The position numbers and the translations under genes are program-made. 41,887 bases of DNA from Bacteroidota bacterium. Lineage in GTDB: Bacteria > Bacteroidota > Ignavibacteria > Palsa-1295. Each line of letters opens with the position of its first letter. Within the stretch, counting starts at the first letter, position 1. Location of the stretch: the NCBI GenBank assembly GCA_021825235.1, contig JAKAIL010000003.1, positions 1 to 41,887 of the forward strand. Direction: 5' to 3'. Positions 36,025 through 41,887 of the stretch are shown piece after piece. Under the pieces are notes generated by a model that did not search any database, was not told the DNA's origin, and saw only the letters and a list, made by a program, of their open reading frames with translations.

Positions 36025-37511
36025 GGTGCGGTTGCCCCCGAAGCTGCGCCCGTGTTAAGTGGAGCGGTAAGGCCTTGTGAAGAAGTTTGTGCTTGCGCGG
36101 CGGGCGAGGATGCGGCTTGTTCGGTAACGGCTCCCTGGGCTCCCGATGCCGCAACTGGCGCTTGCGCTGGATTTACCGGCAAGTCCTTCAGGAGCGATAA
36201 TTTAGCTCGGGCCACCTGATAATCACGAATGGCGGTCGCCCAGTTGGCCCGCGCCTGCTCCTCCTGAATCCTCGCATCATCCAGCTCGACTTGTGTGGAA
36301 ATGCCCTGCTCAAACCGGACATTGGCGATCTGGTATGCGCGCTGGGCTTCGCCGGTCGTACTCTCGGTCGCGCGCAGGTTTGCTTCGGCGGAGTGCAATT
36401 GGTTGAGCGCGACACGGGTATCGAGCGCGGCGGCTTCGCGAGTCTGGACGAGCCGTGCCTCGGCTTGTTCCACGCCGCCCTCGGCTTCTTCGATATTTCC
36501 GGCGATATTGCCTCCGGTATAGATGGGAATGGAGAGCGTAATGCCAGCCGTCCAGTTGGTCAGCCAGTCGTTCGAGTTTGGGAAGAGATTGGCGGGGTAC
36601 GCGACGGGCGAATAGGCGGAGCTAATGGAAATCTGCGGCCATTGAGCGCTTTCCGCAACGCGCACCTGCGCTTTGGAGGCGGTGAGGTTGTCCACCGCCT
36701 GCCGAACACTTGCGCGCTCATTGGTGGCTGTGTCGCTCATCATTGCAAAGCGGGCTTGTGAGTCAATAATCGGTGTCGTGAGGACCAGCGAATCGTCGAG
36801 CGGGTCATTGAGCAACTGCTTGAGGCGATAATACGCCACTGCCCGGTTGTCCTCGCTTTGTAGCACGATGGGGACCTGGTTATCGCGGGCCACTTTAGCG
36901 CGTAGCGCATCGAATTCAGCCTTCTGGCCGACCTTGTAGGCCAGATCGGTCTGCCGATAGACTTCCTGCGCCTCAGCCAGGGCATCGCGGGCAATCTTAA
37001 CGATGGTATCGGCAAGTATTGCGTCGTAATAGCTTTGGGTAACATCGAGCACGAGCTGCGCCTGGGCGGCGGTAAGGTCGATATCGGCGGCGTGCTCCCG
37101 CGCATTTGCGGCGTCCCGCTGGGCGGTGAGTCTTCCGCCGGTGAAGATATTTTGGGACGCGCTGATCCCGAGGGTGTAGGTATTGGGCCGTCCAAAGGGT
37201 AGGTTCTTAAAGAGGGAACCCAACGAAGCGGCGGTACCGGTATCGGGTCCCGAGGAGAGTCCGCTATATTGGGACTTGAGTGTCCGGGTATAGTTTGCCG
37301 AGATACCCACCTGCGGCAGCATTCCGCTCAGGGCAACCGCTTGCCCACCCTTCGCGGCCTGGACCTCACCTTGTGCCAGCTCGATTTCTTCGCCGCGATG
37401 GAGCGCAGTGTTGATGGCATCATCCAGGGAGATGGCAACCACATTGGATTGTGCGAATGCGATGGATGAATGGCCGATTATTGCTGCAAGGAGCAGTACG
37501 CAGGGGCGCAT
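36021..37511 (-). CDS. TolC-family outer membrane efflux protein (start uncertain; ORF extends to 37700)
   Basis: ISLDDAINTAL, LPQVGISANY, V.Q.YYD.ILA, RFEQGISTQVELDDA; signal peptide from MRPCVLLLAAII. Confidence 0.9.
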   Translation of the reverse strand: MRPCVLLLAAIIGHSSIAFAQSNVVAISLDDAINTALHRGEEIELAQGEVQAAKGGQAVALSGMLPQVGISANYTRTLKSQYSGLSSGPDTGTAASLGSLFKNLPFGRPNTYTLGISASQNIFTGGRLTAQRDAANAREHAADIDLTAAQAQLVLDVTQSYYDAILADTIVKIARDALAEAQEVYRQTDLAYKVGQKAEFDALRAKVARDNQVPIVLQSEDNRAVAYYRLKQLLNDPLDDSLVLTTPIIDSQARFAMMSDTATNERASVRQAVDNLTASKAQVRVAESAQWPQISISSAYSPVAYPANLFPNSNDWLTNWTAGITLSIPIYTGGNIAGNIEEAEGGVEQAEARLVQTREAAALDTRVALNQLHSAEANLRATESTTGEAQRAYQIANVRFEQGISTQVELDDARIQEEQARANWATAIRDYQVARAKLSLLKDLPVNPAQAPVAASGAQGAVTEQAASSPAAQAQTSSQGLTAPLNTGAASGATAP

Positions 37512-37668
37512 TTTTTCCCCCTTTCTCCCCCCGCGAGCGGGGAGAGAAAGGGGGGAAAAGCGAGAGCGTTGTGTGAAAGGCATTATCATTCCGCGCGGGT
37601 AAGACGCCGAAATACGTCGGATATTGTGAGAAGATTCGGGAAACCAGTAGATAGTGCGGGAAATGATG

Positions 37669-37722
37669 AATGTAGAATGGTGAATGATGAATTGCGGCAT
37701 TCATCATTCACCATTCTACATT
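37669..37722. repeat. Perfect 24-bp inverted repeat built from heptamers
   Basis: AATGTAGAATGGTGAATGATGAAT-tgcggc-ATTCATCATTCACCATTCTACATT. Confidence 0.9.
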
Positions 37723-37772
37723 ATTGCTGTCATTGGCGCGAACGCGGGCAGCAGCCGGCGTTCGGCGGTACG

Positions 37773-38306
37773 CTACTCTCTGGTCGTATGGCAGTTACCG
37801 CAGCTAAAGCCCTTGCCGGTCTTCGGGTCGAACAGCGGCATACTAAGGAGGTTGGCCATCGAGGGTTTCACGGTCTTGTCCATGAATTCCATCCACTGTG
37901 GTTTATCGCGCACGAGCTTTTGGAACAGTGCCCTGGTATTCGGTAGCTTAGGCAGTTCGGGATTGGGCATCTTGAACTGTCCGTTGTGAGCGCCTTCGCC
38001 ATGGCAGGTAGCACACTTCATATCGCGAAACTTCTTGGCGTCGAATTGTACGAAGATGGGCTTGATCTTCGGCATGATAACGTCCTTCATGTATGCCTTT
38101 CGTTGGTCATGGGTCATTTTTTCCCAGTTGATGACAGAGTCCGCCTTGACGACGGTGTCGGTAACGTGCAGGCTATCGGCGGGGCCGGACGTACGCAGCA
38201 TGTTCGGCCGGGGATAATCGGTTATTCCGCGATTGCTCATCCATCCCGTCGTTGGCAGCAGAGATGTAATCCAAAGAGCTATAAAAGATAGGAGAGTGAG
38301 ATTCAT
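37773..38306 (-). CDS. Putative diheme c-type cytochrome
   Basis: N-terminal hydrophobic segment; CATCH and CGNCH, each preceded by a Met-containing helix (YMKDVIMP, FMDKTVKPSM). Confidence 0.75.
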   Translation of the reverse strand: MNLTLLSFIALWITSLLPTTGWMSNRGITDYPRPNMLRTSGPADSLHVTDTVVKADSVINWEKMTHDQRKAYMKDVIMPKIKPIFVQFDAKKFRDMKCATCHGEGAHNGQFKMPNPELPKLPNTRALFQKLVRDKPQWMEFMDKTVKPSMANLLSMPLFDPKTGKGFSCGNCHTTRE

Positions 38307-38397
38307 TGGTTCAAAAAGGCTAATCGCTAATCCGGCTGATTGCTCCACCGGCTTTCATTCTAACGCGTTCCCACGAGGAGATGATTAGGTTAAAAAG

Positions 38398-39183
38398 CTA
38401 TAAACGAGAAACGAGTGTGTTAAGAATCCCGTAAGAGTAATGTCGCGCAACGTCCCTGACGAAAGAGAGGAAATCCATGGGCGCGGAGTGATCGGCTTTG
38501 TCGGAGATGGCTCGAATTACGAGATAGGGAACTTTGTACTCGTGGCATACCTGGGCTACCGCCGCACCTTCCATTTCGACACACAGCACGTTTGGAATCT
38601 CCACGCGTAAAGTTTCCAGCTTTTCTCGGTGCGCGATAAATTGGTCGCCGCTGGCGATGGTACCGACATGAACGCTCCGCGTAGCGCCGAACTTCCATGG
38701 ATGATCGCTCATCGGATGATCGCTCATCCCTGCAGCGCTAGACGAGATGTATTCTTCGGCGGCTTTCCTGGCAAGGACTACGAGGCGCTCCTCGACGGGG
38801 AAGTAGCTAATTCCGAGAAAGGGAATGGCATATTTAGGAAGCATTCCTCCCGCATCATCGCTGATGCGGGCGGCGCTGACATCGAAATCGTGTTGAATGA
38901 GCCGGTCGGCGATAACCACATCGCCGACATCGAGGTGCGTGGCAACCGCCCCCGCGACGCCGGTGAAAATAATGCAATCGACGTTGAAGCGTTCGATGAG
39001 GGCGGTCGCAGTGGCTGCTGCGGCGACTTTACCCCATCGGGAAAAAACTAAGACGGCATCGCATCCCTTAAAGCGCCCTATGTGATATTCGCGTCCCGCA
39101 ACGAATTGGCTGGCATCTCGCTGGAAGTCTTCTGCAATGCGTTCAATTTCCTCGGGCATTGCGCCGATAATACCAAGTTTCAT
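38398..39183 (-). CDS. mtnN: 5'-methylthioadenosine/S-adenosylhomocysteine nucleosidase
   Basis: IIGAMPEE, GKVAAA, IFTGVAGA, GTIASGDQF, VEMEGAAVAQVC, IRAISDKAD. Confidence 0.95.
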   Translation of the reverse strand: MKLGIIGAMPEEIERIAEDFQRDASQFVAGREYHIGRFKGCDAVLVFSRWGKVAAAATATALIERFNVDCIIFTGVAGAVATHLDVGDVVIADRLIQHDFDVSAARISDDAGGMLPKYAIPFLGISYFPVEERLVVLARKAAEEYISSSAAGMSDHPMSDHPWKFGATRSVHVGTIASGDQFIAHREKLETLRVEIPNVLCVEMEGAAVAQVCHEYKVPYLVIRAISDKADHSAPMDFLSFVRDVARHYSYGILNTLVSRL

Positions 39184-39193
39184 GATGGGTAGC

Positions 39194-40018
39194 TTATGCA
39201 ATTCGTCCGTGCGTACATCGAGCTACCAGTTCGCTGGCAGCATATAGGGCGAAGAGAATAGCGGTGATCCAAAAGCTGGGTGGCAAACTCGTAGCGCATG
39301 CAATGAGAATCCCGGCTGAGACGGCGACGAGGGCGATACAGACCGAGGCAATCATACCCTGCCAGAAGGTCCGCGCCAGTCGGGCGGCAATCCCTGCCGG
39401 TCCGATAATGAGCGCGAAGACCAATAAAATGCCGACGACCTGGCTTGCGAGGGTGACGGCAATTGCAACGATTACCATAAACGCAATGGACATTCCTGCG
39501 AGAGAAATACCTCGAGCCTCGGCAAGATCGGGTTGGATACTTGCAAAGAAGAGTCGTCGCGAGAAGAGCAGCAAGCCGATAAGTGTACCGGCCGCCAGCC
39601 AGATCATTTGAGAGATCGCGGCTGAGGAAACACCGAAGATGTTCCCGAAGAGAATAGCGGAGGCTTGCCCGGAAAATCCACGATAGAGCGCAAGGAAGAG
39701 CAATCCTACACCAAGGGCGATGGAGAGGACCATTCCGATGGCAATATCGCGCTGCTCGATGCGATTGCCGAACGCACCCATCAGTGCTCCGGCGAGGGCG
39801 GAAATTCCAAGCATTCCGAACATGGGACTGATGGCAAGAAGCGCGGCGCCGGTTGCGCCTGTAAAGCCAATGTGTGCTAAAGCGTGAGCAGCAAAGCTGG
39901 TGCGGCGAATGACCACGAAATAGCCGATCACCGCACTGAGCGCACCCGCGAGCGAGCCCGCGATAAGCGCATGCTGGACGAAATCATAAGTGAGATAACT
40001 CGTCAGGATTTCAAGCAT
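39194..40018 (-). CDS. Metal (Zn/Mn) ABC transporter permease (ZnuB-like)
   Basis: FAAHALAHIGFTGA, ILFGNIFGV, A.ARG, QVVGILLVFAL. Confidence 0.9.
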   Translation of the reverse strand: MLEILTSYLTYDFVQHALIAGSLAGALSAVIGYFVVIRRTSFAAHALAHIGFTGATGAALLAISPMFGMLGISALAGALMGAFGNRIEQRDIAIGMVLSIALGVGLLFLALYRGFSGQASAILFGNIFGVSSAAISQMIWLAAGTLIGLLLFSRRLFFASIQPDLAEARGISLAGMSIAFMVIVAIAVTLASQVVGILLVFALIIGPAGIAARLARTFWQGMIASVCIALVAVSAGILIACATSLPPSFWITAILFALYAASELVARCTHGRIA

Positions 40019-40221
40019 GGAATGCTTGAGCAAATCTTAGGAGGAGTAAATTCCCCACGGCCAAAGAAAACTTCTGATCACGTTATCCTGAGTAAAGTTC
40101 GGTGGAGCGAAGCTGAACCGTACGTGTCCCCTGGTTCGTGTATTTTTTTGTCCAACGAGAGGGAACCCTTCTAGTTCTCTCTCGGCTTTAATCGCAGCTT
40201 CATTTTTTTGCAAACTTTCCG

Positions 40222-41517
40222 ATGATAAGGTCATCATTTACACTTCGTTTCACAATCGCATTTTTGCTCCACTCCACTTTGTTTGCTCTTTTCACATCCA
40301 ACATACGTGCGCAGATGATTTCCGGTAGTTGGGAGGATGCGTCCACAATAGGGTTTACCGCGCGTTATGGCCTGACATCCAATGTAATCGGTGGGAAGAT
40401 ATACGTTTTTGGAGGGATTTCTAGTGGTTCTGTTGTAAATACACTGGAAGTGTTTGATCCCGCAACCGATTCTTGGAGTACCCCCGAAACCGCAGGTCTT
40501 GCATCGCCTCGAGCGTTTCACACTGCTTCGGAAGTCGGTGGCAAGATCTATATTATAGGGGGGATAACGCAGACATCCTCAACCTATCCTGATAGCATGG
40601 TTGATGTATTCGACCCAGCTACGAGTAGTTGGAGTTCACTGGTCACATCGGGTACCTTTATTCCGCGTCTCTGGCATTGTGCAGCAGCCGTCGGAAACAA
40701 AATATATGTGTTTGGGGGGGATACAACATTTCAAGCTGTTCCAACAATTACGAAAACGGTCCAAGTCTTAGACCTCGCGACGAAGGCCTGGAGTACCCTC
40801 ACTACAACCGGCAAATTCATTCCTCCATTCCTGTCCACCTGCAACGTGATTGGCAGTAAAATATATTTTACAGGTGGTGAGGATTCCACTGGCAACCATA
40901 GCCTGAGCACCTACGAAATTTTTGATCCGGTAACAAATTCATGGACCATCCCTGCGACTGAGGGTAGTATGGTTGCTAGAGGCGGACAAGCTTCAGCCTA
41001 TGTGGACTCCAATTTAATAGTTTTTGGCGGCTTCGGCGCATCATCTGACATTTCTTCAACGCAAGCCCTTTATATATCAAAAAACGAATGGTATACCCCC
41101 TCATTCGGAGATGGTTTCATTGCACGCGATGCATTGACTGCAAGCACTGTAAACAATGAAATTTTCACAATCGGTGGTGAGAATAATGCTAGCGTAGCGC
41201 TTAGTATTAATGAAATGCTTACGTTGAAAAGTGACATTGTCACTCTAAACAACGCAGATTCAGCATTGGACATATTTCCCAACCCCGCGACAAGCATTCT
41301 CCATATCCTTTGCAACGTAGCTCCTATAAGGGAGATTGTAATTTTTGATGCGCTCGGTAGAAAGGCCCTTGATATCGAAGAGAAAGTGCATTCTATATCG
41401 ACCGACGGGCAACAAGACTACGCCGTTGACCTCCAATCATTATCACCTGGAAATTATTTTATTGAAATTCGAACTAACGAGGAGAATTCTTGGCAGCGTT
41501 TATCCATTTTACGTTAG
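40222..41517 (+). CDS. Kelch-repeat protein with T9SS C-terminal sorting domain
   Basis: Repeated KIYxxGG...FDPxTxxW blades; CTD IFPNPA...IFDALGR...LSPGNYFIEI. Confidence 0.9.
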   Translation: MIRSSFTLRFTIAFLLHSTLFALFTSNIRAQMISGSWEDASTIGFTARYGLTSNVIGGKIYVFGGISSGSVVNTLEVFDPATDSWSTPETAGLASPRAFHTASEVGGKIYIIGGITQTSSTYPDSMVDVFDPATSSWSSLVTSGTFIPRLWHCAAAVGNKIYVFGGDTTFQAVPTITKTVQVLDLATKAWSTLTTTGKFIPPFLSTCNVIGSKIYFTGGEDSTGNHSLSTYEIFDPVTNSWTIPATEGSMVARGGQASAYVDSNLIVFGGFGASSDISSTQALYISKNEWYTPSFGDGFIARDALTASTVNNEIFTIGGENNASVALSINEMLTLKSDIVTLNNADSALDIFPNPATSILHILCNVAPIREIVIFDALGRKALDIEEKVHSISTDGQQDYAVDLQSLSPGNYFIEIRTNEENSWQRLSILR

Positions 41518-41583
41518 GTACAGGAGGAATTGCCACATTGTTTCATTCGGCTGAGTGCCGCTTGATCTAATTCGTCTTCGGAA

Positions 41584-41887
41584 TTATGCGTGCTGGTGCT
41601 CCGCTTCCGTAACGTTGCCTTCGGTGGCGACGATAAAGATTCTTCCTTCCGCTCGTACGACCAGCATGTGCATGCCATAGAGCTTGCTCAAGGATTCTTC
41701 GGAAATCACCGATTCCACCGGGCCGATAGAAGCGCCGCCGCCGGCCACGTAGAGCACGCGGTCCATTACGCGGATGAGCGGATTGATGTCGTGGGCCACG
41801 AAGAGGACGGTGGCACCGGTCTCGTGCTGAATGTGGTGAACGGTATCGATCATTCGTGCTTGATGTTTGGGGTCTAGCTGATGAGCG
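41584..41887 (-). CDS. Metal ABC transporter ATPase, C-terminal part (ZnuC-like), truncated by window edge
   Basis: LDPKHQ...VLFVAHDINPL...DRVLYV...LSKLYG; His-containing tail. Confidence 0.85.
   Translation of the reverse strand, partial: AHQLDPKHQARMIDTVHHIQHETGATVLFVAHDINPLIRVMDRVLYVAGGGASIGPVESVISEESLSKLYGMHMLVVRAEGRIFIVATEGNVTEAEHQHA

Overview
Bacterial genomic window of moderate-to-high GC. It is probably from the FCB group (Bacteroidota sensu lato; inferred from a T9SS C-terminal domain and the promoter style). Left part (1-19.2 kb): accessory genes (DUF2283 fragment, vapBC with an in-frame stop, ankyrin protein, RelE-type TA module flanked by repeats, rifampin ADP-ribosyltransferase), a DEAD-box helicase, a split GT4, two PfkB kinases, GrpB, a patatin-POTRA-barrel protein and lipoproteins. 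Centre (20.3-31.4 kb), the highlight: two convergent operons, each with a Cyc2-type fused cytochrome-porin, a monoheme cytochrome c and a different quinone-reactive inner-membrane module. Operon A has an orphan NrfC/NrfD pair. Operon B has a low-potential-type Rieske protein and a cytochrome b fused to cytochrome c. Both operons are preceded by near-identical sigma54-like promoters and arrays of a GTAAG-N5-CTTAC-like box, suggesting a co-regulated extracellular electron-transfer system of unknown direction. Right part: RND/MFP/TolC efflux genes, a diheme cytochrome, mtnN, and a metal ABC operon split by a Kelch-T9SS gene. The window is rich in short palindromic (REP-like) and heptamer repeats, several inserted in-frame inside genes. 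All calls are from motif reading only; no database searches were run.
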